Below, one piece after another: positions 17,156-26,897 of a stretch of 32,000 nt of DNA. Source of the DNA: Candidatus Pelagibacter ubique HTCC1062 (GTDB lineage: Bacteria; Pseudomonadota; Alphaproteobacteria; Pelagibacterales; Pelagibacteraceae); NCBI RefSeq assembly GCF_000012345.1, contig NC_007205.1, forward strand, positions 1,260,001 to 1,292,000, in the 5' to 3' direction. The translations under genes and the position numbers were made by a program. The number at the start of each line of letters is the position of its first letter. Position 1 is the first letter of the stretch. The notes under the pieces were generated by a model that saw nothing but the letters and a program-made list of their open reading frames with translations, had not been told where the DNA came from and did no database searches.

Positions 17156-17322
17156 AAATTACCTGTAATATTTGGATTAAATATATATTGAATAAGGAGT
17201 CTAGTTAAAATAAAGTTTAACAAAAGCGTACATAACTCGTCGTTACCTAAGGTTTAAACGGTACTAAAGAATACGAAAGTGGGATCAGTCGTCTTTAAAT
17301 TTAACTATTTAAGGGGGTTTGA

Positions 17323-18489
17323 ATGAAATTTGGATATTTTTGTAACACTACTAATTGGAATCATAAACCATACAATCAACTATTAAAAGAAACCCAAGAG
17401 ATCACTATTTACTGTGATGAAAATAATTGGGACTCTATTTGGTATACCGAACATCACTTTAATCATGAAGGAATGGAATCTTGTACAAATCCTTTAATGA
17501 TGGGTGTGGATGCGGCCGCCAGAACAAAACAAATAAGAATAGGTCAAGCTTGTAATGTAATTACATTTCATAATCCTATCCGTCTAGCTGAAGACATTGC
17601 GTTGCTAGATCAATTGTCTGGAGGAAGAGTTGATGTTGGTATTGGAAGAGGAATTTACGGAAGAGAAGCTATCAATATGAATAAAGAAGCTGACTTAAAA
17701 GATCAGGCAAAAAATTTTAGGTTGTTTGATGAGTCATTAACCATAATGAAAAAAGCTTGGACAGAAGAATTTTTTAGTCACCAGGGTGAGTTTTACACTT
17801 ATCCATCACCAAATTTTACTTGGCAACATGACATGAGTCCACCTAGTGAAAAGTTTTTAGATACAAAAACAAATGAAATTAAAAAAATTAGCGTTGTACC
17901 AAAACCAAAACAAGAGCCACATCCGCCAATATGGCAAGTTGTGGATGGTGCACGTTCAATTGAATGGGCGGCACAGAATGGCTTAAATACAATAATGTGG
18001 ATACCTACAGTTAAAGCATTAAAGAAAAGGTTTGAAATTTATAGAGATGCAAAATCAAAAACTGAAAATAGAGAAGTGCCGCTTGGAGAAGGTATATCTT
18101 TAGTTAGAGATATGTTTGTTGCTGAAACTATGGAAGAAGCTGAAAAAATGGCTGGTGAGCATATTATCAATTATATGAAATGGGTTTGTCATTGGAGAGG
18201 TTTGGGTAATCATATGGATCCAGGAGAAGAACTACCAGAAACAAAACATAAATTAGACTTACTTAATTATGATTTTTTACATAAAAGAAATTTATTATTT
18301 GGAACACCAGAATATGTTGTTAATAAAATAAATGAATTAAAATCAGAATTAAATTTACAAAATCTTCAAGTTTGGTCTAATTTTCCTGGAATAGATCATG
18401 AGGCTTGCATGAGAAGTATAAAACTGTTTAATGATGAGGTTATACCAAAGATTAATTTAGACAATTCAAGTATCGAAAAGGCAAGTTAA
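17323..18489 (+). CDS. Luciferase-like (LLM class) flavin-dependent monooxygenase/oxidoreductase
   Basis: 388 aa with the LLM pattern W.TEHHF........NP..........T..IR.G......T.HNP.R.AED.A.LD.LSGGR...G.GRG. It is preceded by a strong SD (AAGGGGG). Confidence 0.8.
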   Translation: MKFGYFCNTTNWNHKPYNQLLKETQEITIYCDENNWDSIWYTEHHFNHEGMESCTNPLMMGVDAAARTKQIRIGQACNVITFHNPIRLAEDIALLDQLSGGRVDVGIGRGIYGREAINMNKEADLKDQAKNFRLFDESLTIMKKAWTEEFFSHQGEFYTYPSPNFTWQHDMSPPSEKFLDTKTNEIKKISVVPKPKQEPHPPIWQVVDGARSIEWAAQNGLNTIMWIPTVKALKKRFEIYRDAKSKTENREVPLGEGISLVRDMFVAETMEEAEKMAGEHIINYMKWVCHWRGLGNHMDPGEELPETKHKLDLLNYDFLHKRNLLFGTPEYVVNKINELKSELNLQNLQVWSNFPGIDHEACMRSIKLFNDEVIPKINLDNSSIEKAS

Positions 18490-19076
18490 TGAAATTAGAG
18501 CTTAGAAAGTTTACAAAATTTGTAGATAAAACTTTTATCGAAGGTGGTAAGGAAGCTAAAGAGCCTGTTTTGATGGTTTCTGTTGCAGCTGTATTTAAAA
18601 ATCCATGGCATGGAAAAGGCTTTGTTGAAGATTTAAAACCAATTATTTTAGATTTAGCACCTAAATTAGGTGATATTTTAGTTCCAGAGTTAATAAAGGA
18701 GATTGGATCACCTGAAAAAATTTTGGCGTATGGAAAAGCTGGTACGGTCGGACTTGATGGTGAAATTGAGCATGCCTCAGCATTTATTCACACTTTAAGA
18801 TTTGGAAATAAATTTAGAGATGCGGTTGGGGGAACATCTTATTTAAGCTTTACCAATACCAGAGGTCCAGCTGGATCCAAAATGTCTATTCCAATGATGC
18901 ATAAAACAGATTCAGGTCTAAGGCCTTATTATTTAACTCATGAATTTACGATTCATGATGCTCCTTTTGATGATGAAATTGTTATAGCAATTGGTGGAGC
19001 CTCCACAGGTAGAGCTCATGCTAGAACGGGTGATCGTTATCAAGACATGAAAGAAATGGGAATAGATCCCAAATAA
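18489..19076 (+). CDS. AA_synth / DUF1185 'amino acid synthesis' family protein of unknown biochemical function
   Basis: 195 aa. Length and blocks (VAAV.KNPW.G.....L.P..........L......YGKAG.VG..GE.EH..A..H.........S.P..HK...G) match my recollection of this family. The start overlaps the LLM stop (TAATG at 18487-18491). Confidence 0.6.
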   Translation: MKLELRKFTKFVDKTFIEGGKEAKEPVLMVSVAAVFKNPWHGKGFVEDLKPIILDLAPKLGDILVPELIKEIGSPEKILAYGKAGTVGLDGEIEHASAFIHTLRFGNKFRDAVGGTSYLSFTNTRGPAGSKMSIPMMHKTDSGLRPYYLTHEFTIHDAPFDDEIVIAIGGASTGRAHARTGDRYQDMKEMGIDPK

Positions 19077-19080
19077 ATTA

Positions 19081-19863
19081 ATGTTTCAAAATTTTGATCC
19101 AAATCAAAATTATTATTCATTTAATGATAAAAATACAGTTCCTGTAGTTTTTATTCATGGTGTCGGACTTGATCAGCGGATGTGGGAACCTCAAATTGAA
19201 GCTTTCAAAGAATATTCATTAATTACATATGATTTATTAGGGCATGGAAAAACTATTCTCAATAAAGAAGATGTAACATTAAATGATTTTTCAAACCAAC
19301 TAAAATCGATATTAGAATATTTAAAAGTGGATAAGATTAATCTTGTTGGTTTTTCTTTAGGTTCTTTAATTGCACTAAATTTTGCCTCTAAATTTCAAGA
19401 CAAACTAAACAGCCTTGTTGTAATGGGTACAACATATAAAAGAACTTCAGAACAAAGGTCTTTGGTTATAGAAAGATTTGAACAGGCTAAATTAAACAAA
19501 CCTATTTCAAAACAAGCCCTAAAAAGATGGTTTACCAATCAATACTTAAATGACCATCCAGAAACTTATAATCAATTTATAAAAATTTTGACAAAAAATA
19601 AAAAAGATCATTTAAATTTTTTAAAAGCTTACAAATTATTTGCTTATCATGAGGACAATACAGATATAATTAAAAATATTAAAACTAGGACTCTTGTGAT
19701 GACAGGTTCAAATGATTCAGGATCTACTGTCGAGATGTCAAAATCTTTATGTGAAGATTTAATAAACTCAAGTTTTATTGAGATAAATAATGGAAAACAT
19801 CTTTGTAGTATAGAGTGTGCAGATGATGTTAATATCAATCTTAAAAATTTTATTAATAGATAA
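19081..19863 (+). CDS. Alpha/beta-fold hydrolase (enol-lactonase/esterase-like)
   Basis: 260 aa with the oxyanion-hole region VVFIHGVG and the nucleophile elbow GFSLGS. The C-terminal GKHLC holds a candidate catalytic His. Confidence 0.8.
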   Translation: MFQNFDPNQNYYSFNDKNTVPVVFIHGVGLDQRMWEPQIEAFKEYSLITYDLLGHGKTILNKEDVTLNDFSNQLKSILEYLKVDKINLVGFSLGSLIALNFASKFQDKLNSLVVMGTTYKRTSEQRSLVIERFEQAKLNKPISKQALKRWFTNQYLNDHPETYNQFIKILTKNKKDHLNFLKAYKLFAYHEDNTDIIKNIKTRTLVMTGSNDSGSTVEMSKSLCEDLINSSFIEINNGKHLCSIECADDVNINLKNFINR

Positions 19864-21345
19864 ATGACAAAAATTCAAAACTTTAAAATGTATATAAATG
19901 GACTGTGGGTTAATTCAGAGTCTGGAAAAACAATAGAAACTGTAAACCCAGAAAACAACGAAGTTTGGGCAACTGTTCCTGAAGCTAACGAGAAGGATGT
20001 AGATAAAGCAGTTAAGGCCGCACAAAATGCTTTTGAAAAATCTTGGTCAAATTTACACCCAAGAGAAAGAGCTAAATACTTAAGGTCTCTTGCAGATCAA
20101 TTAAGACAAAATGCTGAACATCTTGGAACTATAGAAACAATTGATACAGGAAAAATTTTTAGAGAAACAAAAACACAAGCTAACTATATTGCTGAGTATT
20201 ACGATTATTTTGCAGGACTAGCCGATAAAGTTGAAGGAACAGTTGTGCCAATTGATAAGCCAGACATGCAAGTAACAACTACTAGAATACCTATTGGTGT
20301 TGTTGCTGCGATAATTCCTTGGAACTCCCAAATGTTATTAACTGCAGTAAAATTAGCACCCGCATTAGCAATGGGTAATACAGTTGTAATAAAAGCTTCT
20401 GAACTAGCGCCTGTAACATTATTAGAATTTGCAAAACTAGTTGAAAAATCAGGTATACCTAAAGGTGTTGTAAATATAATTACTGGTCTAGGTGAGCCTT
20501 GTGGTAAAGCTCTAACTACACATGACCTTGTAGAAAGAATTGCTTTTACAGGTGGTCCTGAAACCGCAAAACATATTGTTAAAAATTCAGCAGAAAATTT
20601 ATCGCAAGTAAGCTTAGAACTTGGTGGAAAAAGTCCTGTTGTCGTATTCGATGATGCCGAGCAAGAGAACGCACTAAATGGAATTACTGCTGGTATCTTT
20701 GGTGCAAGTGGTCAAAGCTGTATTGCAGGATCACGACTTTACATCCAATCTAAAATTTATGATGACTTCTTAAATAAGCTAATAGCCAAGGCTGAAAAAA
20801 TAAAATTAGGAGCTCCTATGGATAATGAAACTCAAATGGGACCTTTAAATAGTTATAAACAACTAGAAAATATAGAAAAAAATATCAAAGCTACAATTGA
20901 GCAAGGTGGAAAAATTAGATGCGGTGGAAAAAGGTCCAATATATCTAGTAAAGCTTATTATTTTCCAGCTACAATTATTGAGTGTGAAAATCATAATTTG
21001 CCTACAGCAGAGAATGAATTATTTGGTCCAGTTTTATCTGTTATGAAATTTGAAACAGAAGAGGATGTGATTAAATTAATGAATGATAATAAATATGGCT
21101 TATCTTCTGGAGTTTATACCTCAAACTTCGGAAGAGGTTTGAGAGTATCAAAAGCAATTAGAGCTGGAATTACTTTTGTAAATACTTATAGGTTAATTTC
21201 ACCCATGGCCCCGTTTGGAGGAATTAAAGATAGTGGATATGGAAAAGAAGCAGGAATTGAGTCAATTAAAGAATACACAAGAATAAAAACCACATGGTTA
21301 AATTCATCGGATAAACCAATGACTGATCCATTTACAATGGGTTAA
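19864..21345 (+). CDS. NAD(P)+-dependent aldehyde dehydrogenase
   Basis: 493 aa with ELGGKSPVVVF, GQSCIAGSR, FTGGPE and PFGGIKDSGYGKE. The start abuts the hydrolase stop (TAAATG). Confidence 0.9.
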   Translation: MTKIQNFKMYINGLWVNSESGKTIETVNPENNEVWATVPEANEKDVDKAVKAAQNAFEKSWSNLHPRERAKYLRSLADQLRQNAEHLGTIETIDTGKIFRETKTQANYIAEYYDYFAGLADKVEGTVVPIDKPDMQVTTTRIPIGVVAAIIPWNSQMLLTAVKLAPALAMGNTVVIKASELAPVTLLEFAKLVEKSGIPKGVVNIITGLGEPCGKALTTHDLVERIAFTGGPETAKHIVKNSAENLSQVSLELGGKSPVVVFDDAEQENALNGITAGIFGASGQSCIAGSRLYIQSKIYDDFLNKLIAKAEKIKLGAPMDNETQMGPLNSYKQLENIEKNIKATIEQGGKIRCGGKRSNISSKAYYFPATIIECENHNLPTAENELFGPVLSVMKFETEEDVIKLMNDNKYGLSSGVYTSNFGRGLRVSKAIRAGITFVNTYRLISPMAPFGGIKDSGYGKEAGIESIKEYTRIKTTWLNSSDKPMTDPFTMG

Positions 21346-21349
21346 TTTT

Positions 21350-22207
21350 TTGACTGTCAGACATTATTTTTTAGTTTTATTTATCATGTTTCTTTTTGGT
21401 AGTTCTTATCCAATTAATAAACTTGCATTAAACACATCCCTCACCCCTGTATTGGCAGCCTCATTGAGAATGTTTATACTTTTTGTTTGTCTTGTTCCTT
21501 TTTGTAAATTTAAAATCCCAAACAAAAAATACTATCTGCCTTTAGCAGGTTTTTCTTTTTCAATGGGCTTTGGTGTTTTTATTTTTTTAAATTTATCTCT
21601 GCAAAAAGCAACTATGGTTGCTCCTATAATTATTGGAGCTCAACTAGCAATACCCTTTGCAATTCTGGCAAGCTCTTTATTTTTAGGTGAAAAGGTAACT
21701 CCTAAAATGTGGGTATTAATATTTATTTCTTTTTTTGGAATTTTTTTAATTGGTTATGATCCAAATTTAAAAAGTGAAATTTTTGCAATTTTTCTTTGTG
21801 CAATTTCTGCTTTTTTCTATGGTGTTGCGAATGTGTTTTCTAGATATATTAAAGATATAGATGTTAAATTAACCAACACAGTTATGGGCTTTACTGGTTT
21901 TATACTGCTTTTTCTTTTTTCCATTTTTTTTGAAGGAAACACAGTTTATCAATTACTAAATATTGATTTTTATACTTGGCTTTTATTACTCCATAATGGG
22001 GTGATGGTTTCTGTAATTGCACACACTTCATTATTTTATTTATATAAATTTTATTCAGTAAATAAAATTATGCCCTTTTATTCTTTATTTCCAGTATTTG
22101 GCCTAATCCTAACGTTCTTTATATTCGGAGAAATCCCAACTCTACTTAGTGCGATTGGTGGTTTAATTATAATATTTTCTGTATATAGGCTTCAAAAAAT
22201 TAGATAA
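21350..22207 (+). CDS. DMT-superfamily (EamA-like) transporter
   Basis: 285 aa and about ten hydrophobic segments in two EamA-like halves. The track start is a TTG; an in-frame ATG 12 codons downstream is an alternative. Confidence 0.75.
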   Translation: MTVRHYFLVLFIMFLFGSSYPINKLALNTSLTPVLAASLRMFILFVCLVPFCKFKIPNKKYYLPLAGFSFSMGFGVFIFLNLSLQKATMVAPIIIGAQLAIPFAILASSLFLGEKVTPKMWVLIFISFFGIFLIGYDPNLKSEIFAIFLCAISAFFYGVANVFSRYIKDIDVKLTNTVMGFTGFILLFLFSIFFEGNTVYQLLNIDFYTWLLLLHNGVMVSVIAHTSLFYLYKFYSVNKIMPFYSLFPVFGLILTFFIFGEIPTLLSAIGGLIIIFSVYRLQKIR

Positions 22208-22282
22208 TTCTCCTATTGAAAATTCGTTTAAATAGTCTTTAATTTGATTTTTATAAATTGTTAACAATCAAAGAGGAAAATA

Positions 22283-23467
22283 ATGAAAAAACTATTTATT
22301 GCTGCTTTTATATTCGTTTCTACTTTTACAACGAATACATTCGCAGAAGTTAAAATGGGAATCATTTTAGGATTTACTGGTCCTATTGAATCTCTAACAC
22401 CAGCTATGGCTGCATCTGCAGAGCTTGCATTTAAAGAAGCTTCTGACTCAGGTTCACTATTAGGTGGAGAAACTATTTCAGTAGTAAGAGCAGATTCAAC
22501 TTGTGTTGATTCAGCAGCAGCAACAGCAGCAGCAGAAGGTGTTATTGCACAAGGTGTTGCAGCAATTATGGGTGCTGACTGTTCAGGTGTAACTGGTGCT
22601 ATTGCATCTAATGTTGCTGTACCAAATGGTGTAGTAATGATTTCACCTTCAGCAACTTCTCCAGGACTTACAGCTTTAGATGATAAAGGCTTCTTTTTTA
22701 GAACAGCCCCATCTGATGCTAGAGGTGGTCAGATTTTAGCTGATATTACTAAAGACAGAAAAATCAAAAGTGTAGCAATTACTTACACTAACAATGACTA
22801 TGGAAAAGGTTTGGCTGATGTTTATGAAGCAGCTGTAAAAGCTCATGGTATTAAAGTAACAACTGTATCTGCTCACGAAGATGGTAAAGCAGATTACTCA
22901 TCTGAAGTAGCAACTTTAGCTTCAGCAGGTGGTGATGCCGTAGCAGTAATTGGTTACCTAGACCAAGGTGGAAAAGGAATTATTCAAGGTTCTTTAGACT
23001 CTGGTGCATTTGATAAATTTATTTTATCTGATGGTATGATCGGTGACTCATTAACTGAAGCTTTTGGAAAAGATTTAAATAAATCTTTTGGTTCAATTCC
23101 TGGTTCAATGAATAAAAAAACAGCAGGTACTTTTGCCTCTGTTGCTAAAGCAGCGGGTATCGACTCATCTGGACCTTACACTGGTGAATCTTATGATGCA
23201 GCAGCTTTAATCGTTCTTGCGATGCAAGCAGGTGGATCAGCAGATAGAGCTTCTATTGCAAAAAATGTAATGGATGTTGCTAATGCCCCTGGTACTAAGA
23301 TTTACCCAGGTGAACTTAAAAAAGGTTTAGACTTACTAGCTAAAGGTAAAAAAGTTGACTACGAAGGTGCAACTGGTGTTACTTTTACTAACGTAGGTGA
23401 AGCTGAAGGTTCTTTCCTAGAAAAAGAAATCAAAGGTGGAAAATTCAAAAATAAAAAACAAAGATAA
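22283..23467 (+). CDS. livJ: Periplasmic binding protein of a LIV-type (branched-chain/general amino acid) ABC transporter
   Basis: 394 aa with the signal peptide MKKLFIAAFIFVSTFTTNTFA and the type I PBP pattern G...G.TGP.......ISP.ATSP.LT....FFFRT.PSD..QG. It is Ala/Gly-rich with a higher-GC composition, and has an SD (AGAGGA) and its own terminator. Confidence 0.85.
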   Translation: MKKLFIAAFIFVSTFTTNTFAEVKMGIILGFTGPIESLTPAMAASAELAFKEASDSGSLLGGETISVVRADSTCVDSAAATAAAEGVIAQGVAAIMGADCSGVTGAIASNVAVPNGVVMISPSATSPGLTALDDKGFFFRTAPSDARGGQILADITKDRKIKSVAITYTNNDYGKGLADVYEAAVKAHGIKVTTVSAHEDGKADYSSEVATLASAGGDAVAVIGYLDQGGKGIIQGSLDSGAFDKFILSDGMIGDSLTEAFGKDLNKSFGSIPGSMNKKTAGTFASVAKAAGIDSSGPYTGESYDAAALIVLAMQAGGSADRASIAKNVMDVANAPGTKIYPGELKKGLDLLAKGKKVDYEGATGVTFTNVGEAEGSFLEKEIKGGKFKNKKQR

Positions 23468-23487
23468 TTAAAATCTTAATTTTAAAA

Positions 23488-23521
23488 CCCTCAGCAGTGA
23501 AAATTGCTGGGGGTTTTTTTT
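23488..23521 (+). terminator. Rho-independent terminator after the LivJ-like gene
   Basis: CCCTCAGCA (23488-23496) pairs with TGCTGGGGG (23505-23513): a 9-bp stem including one G-U, with an 8-nt loop, followed by 8 T (23514-23521). Confidence 0.8.
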
Positions 23522-23523
23522 AT

Positions 23524-24285
23524 TTAAAAATTACTAATAATCCTAAAAAAACCAAATATCGAAATTAATATAAGAAAATAAAAAACAACTTTTCTATAAG
23601 TTTCCTCTTTGCTTTTAACAAAAAATTTATCACCAATATAAACACCTATTGGTAAAATAATAATCAGTGGAATAGTTCTATAAATAGTTGTCAGATCTAC
23701 AATTCCTGCAAAAAAACTAAGAATAAATGCATAAATATCTGTTAAAAAGAATAAGGCTGCTAATGAACCTCTAATTACTGCTGGTTGAATACTTGTAACT
23801 AATAAAAAAAGTGCCACAGGCATTCCACCTAATGTGGTTAATCCATTTAATGTTCCAGAGACTATTCCAGTAATAAGCTTTCCATAATTATTATTAATTT
23901 TTTTATTCTCATATCCTTTCATTAATAAAAATGAAAAAAATATAACTAATGCGCAAACTGACAGGTGTGTTGTATCTGGAGATAAATACTTCAATAAATA
24001 AAGCCCAATAGGTGACCCAATGATTATTCCTATCAATAATTTTAAAACAAAATTCCAGTCTATTTTGTTCCATATATATGGAACCATAAAAATACTAATA
24101 ATAACCTCAAGTATTAGAATAATTGGGACTATCTCTATTGCTGGAAGAATAAAAGAAAAGCCAGAAATACATATTGCAGAAAAGCCAAAGCCATTAAAAC
24201 CTCTTATAATAGATGCAATAAATACGGTAAATATTACAAAATAGATTTCAATTAAACTCAGTTGAAGATTAGATAAAAAATCCAC
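23524..24285 (-). CDS. TauE/SafE-family (sulfite/organosulfonate exporter-like) membrane protein
   Basis: 253 aa and about 7-8 TM segments. Its organisation and Gly-rich helices are typical of TauE/SafE (DUF81) proteins. Confidence 0.65.
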   Translation of the reverse strand: MDFLSNLQLSLIEIYFVIFTVFIASIIRGFNGFGFSAICISGFSFILPAIEIVPIILILEVIISIFMVPYIWNKIDWNFVLKLLIGIIIGSPIGLYLLKYLSPDTTHLSVCALVIFFSFLLMKGYENKKINNNYGKLITGIVSGTLNGLTTLGGMPVALFLLVTSIQPAVIRGSLAALFFLTDIYAFILSFFAGIVDLTTIYRTIPLIIILPIGVYIGDKFFVKSKEETYRKVVFYFLILISIFGFFRIISNF

Positions 24286-24286
24286 T

Positions 24287-25450
24287 CTATTTCCTTTTTT
24301 TAAAGTCTGCTCTTAATGTTGATAAAACAATTATTACTAAAAATATTATACAAACTAAATTCATTGTTTTCCAACTTGTTAAGGTTAAAAAAACTCCAGC
24401 CGATAAGCTTGCTACTGCCTGAATTGAATAAACAATTAAATCATTAAAGCCTTGTGCTTTAAATTTTTCATCCTCTCTATAAGATAAAACTAGTAAACTT
24501 GTTCCAGATATAAATAAAAAGTTCCAACCAAATCCTAAAAATATTAATGCAATTAAATAATTAATAAAATTTTGCTCAAATAAACTAGTCAAAATTGTTA
24601 TAAAAAATAAAACAACACCAGCGTACATAATTTTACTATGTCCAAATTTTTTTATCAAATTACCTGTTATCAATGAAGGTAAAAACATAGCTGCGATATG
24701 AAGTTGAATTACAAAACCTGTTTTAGTTAAACTTATTTTTTCCATTACATGCATACTTATTGGAGTTGCAGTCATTAAAAATGACATCACTGCATAAGCA
24801 AATGCCGAAGCCACTAATGCTTGTAGAAATCTTGGTTGAGAAATTAACTCCAAATAACTACGTTTGATTTTCTTGTTAACATGATTGGGTTTATGTCCAT
24901 CCTCATAAAATAATAGAAAAATTGTTGAAGTAAGAGTTAAAGCAGCAAGCGCAATATAAGATCCGGCATATAAATGTTCGGCTATAAAACCTTTTGTTAT
25001 ATTAGCAACATTTGGTCCTATAAAAGCCGAACCTATTCCTGCTAATAATATTATTGAAATAGCTTTTGGTGCCATATCTTTTTTAACAGTCTCAACTGCT
25101 GCAAAACGATATTGATGACTAAAGGCTACTCCTGCACCAAGTAAAAAACATGAAAAATTAAAAAGGATAAAGCTTTCAATAATTATTGCGTACGCCGCTA
25201 GAACAGATGATAAGGAGCTCACTACAGAAGCAAACATAAAGCCTGCTCTTCGACCAATTATACTCATAACCTTTGCTGCAAAGATTGCAAAAATTGCAAT
25301 ACCAACAATTGATAAAGCCATCGGTAAAGTTGCTAAAGATTTTACTGGACTAAACTGAGAGCCAATTATTCCACTTAAGAAAACTGTTACGGGTGCTGCT
25401 GTAAAAGCAAAAATTTGACTTAAAATTAGCAGCCATAAATTTTTATTCAT
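24287..25450 (-). CDS. MFS transporter
   Basis: 387 aa and about 12 TM segments. It has the MFS-like loop motif IIGRRAGF after TM2. Confidence 0.75.
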   Translation of the reverse strand: MNKNLWLLILSQIFAFTAAPVTVFLSGIIGSQFSPVKSLATLPMALSIVGIAIFAIFAAKVMSIIGRRAGFMFASVVSSLSSVLAAYAIIIESFILFNFSCFLLGAGVAFSHQYRFAAVETVKKDMAPKAISIILLAGIGSAFIGPNVANITKGFIAEHLYAGSYIALAALTLTSTIFLLFYEDGHKPNHVNKKIKRSYLELISQPRFLQALVASAFAYAVMSFLMTATPISMHVMEKISLTKTGFVIQLHIAAMFLPSLITGNLIKKFGHSKIMYAGVVLFFITILTSLFEQNFINYLIALIFLGFGWNFLFISGTSLLVLSYREDEKFKAQGFNDLIVYSIQAVASLSAGVFLTLTSWKTMNLVCIIFLVIIVLSTLRADFKKRK

Positions 25451-25526
25451 TAAAAAATGTATTTATCACTAAGATAAAGAGCAAAACCTAGAGCCATCCC
25501 TAATAAAATATATTTCATAATAAAGT

Positions 25527-26897
25527 TTATTTTATTTCGATTTTTTCAGGAAGTATACCTTTAGGTCTATACCTCATGATCAACAGAAGACCCATCCCCA
25601 TCATTAAATATCTAAAGTAAGGAACGCTTTCAATTAAATGAATTTTTAATGAATGTGTATCTGCTAAACCTGCTGTAAATAAATTAATCAAGAATAATGC
25701 AATTGGCGCTGCCTCAATCCATAGAAACCAGACTGCAAAACCTCCTAAAATTGCTCCAAAATTATTCCCACTTCCTCCAACAATAACCATAACCCAGATT
25801 AAAAAAGTATATCTCATAGGTTGGTAACTACCTGGAGTAAATAAACCATCTTGAGTGACTAACATAGCGCCAGCAATTCCAACTATAGCTGAGCCTAAAA
25901 TAAAGATTAATAAATGTTGCTTGACGACATTTTTTCCCATTGCATTAGCAGCTTCTTCATTGTCTCTTATCGCACGCATCATTCTTCCCCATGGAGAGTA
26001 AAGAGCTTTTTGAGTTACTATTAACAAGGCTATAACAACAATTAAAAATAAACCTGAATAACAAAGTTTTACAAAAACTGATGATCCCTCAATTACTAAT
26101 TGGTTAAGAGCTGATTGTTTATCAGTAATACTGGAGATTAAATCTAATTTCCCAGAATTAAATTTTGCAACTAAATTTATAAACCATTCTTTAGTTTGGA
26201 GTTCAATTTCATAAGGCACTGGTCGATCCAGTCCAATTACATTTTTAACACCTCTTGTTAACCAATCTTCATGCTTGATTATGGCTATAACTATTTCTGA
26301 TATTAGTAGTGTGGCAATAGCTAAATAGTCTGCACGTAAACCTAAAGCAACTTTACCAACTATAAATGCTAGACCTGCTGCAAAAAATGCACCTACGATC
26401 CAAGAAAACATAATTGGCAATCCTAATCCACCAAGAAATCCTGTTGTTGCTGGGTTAACATTTTCAATAGCTTCAATACTTGTCTCTGATGTAACTCTTA
26501 TAATTATAATTCCAGCAATAATAATTGTAGCAATACCATAAGTTCTAATTTTAGATTTTTCAAAATTTTTTAATACAAAACGTATTGCAAGGACCATTGC
26601 AACAATTAACCATAAAGACATTAGAATACTAAAACCTCCCGCAACCCATGCTTCTTGTACAGGTTCAACAGAAATTAAAACTGCAGCTAATCCACCTAAT
26701 GCCGCATATCCCATTAGACCAAAATTGATTAACCCTGCATACCCCCATTGAATATTTGCCCCCATAGTCATTACAGCAGAAATTAAACACATGTTAAAAA
26801 TTGATAGAGCTACATTCCAAGATTGAAATATTCCAACTAAAATAATAAGCCCCAACATGATTGCGTAAGCTATAATTACATTTAAGTGCTTTCTCAC
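25527..26897 (-). CDS. livM: LIV-type ABC transporter permease, LivM-like
   Basis: 456 aa and polytopic. It has the conserved region RAIRDNEEAANAMGKNV typical of LivM/LivH permeases. Confidence 0.85.
   Translation of the reverse strand: MRKHLNVIIAYAIMLGLIILVGIFQSWNVALSIFNMCLISAVMTMGANIQWGYAGLINFGLMGYAALGGLAAVLISVEPVQEAWVAGGFSILMSLWLIVAMVLAIRFVLKNFEKSKIRTYGIATIIIAGIIIIRVTSETSIEAIENVNPATTGFLGGLGLPIMFSWIVGAFFAAGLAFIVGKVALGLRADYLAIATLLISEIVIAIIKHEDWLTRGVKNVIGLDRPVPYEIELQTKEWFINLVAKFNSGKLDLISSITDKQSALNQLVIEGSSVFVKLCYSGLFLIVVIALLIVTQKALYSPWGRMMRAIRDNEEAANAMGKNVVKQHLLIFILGSAIVGIAGAMLVTQDGLFTPGSYQPMRYTFLIWVMVIVGGSGNNFGAILGGFAVWFLWIEAAPIALFLINLFTAGLADTHSLKIHLIESVPYFRYLMMGMGLLLIMRYRPKGILPEKIEIK

Noticed and set aside
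17156-17322. Known riboswitch classes in the long divergent spacer. Guanidine-II (mini-ykkC) was considered because of ACGG and ACGA tetranucleotides, and ykkC because of CTAAGG..ACGG.
   Set aside because: The sequences flanking ACGG/ACGA are not self-complementary, so no ACGR-loop hairpins form, and the longer ykkC consensus blocks are absent. Only the generic candidate-regulatory-region observation is kept as a finding.
19647-19838. 63-aa minus-strand ORF inside the alpha/beta hydrolase gene
   Set aside because: It is antisense to a supported frame within a tightly coupled plus-strand operon.
24020-24244. 74-aa plus-strand ORF inside the TauE-like gene. Similar cases are 27886-28086 (+) and 30472-30690 (+).
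   Set aside because: Each is antisense to a membrane-protein, ABC or CsiD-like frame with good support, and none has a motif or plausible start context.
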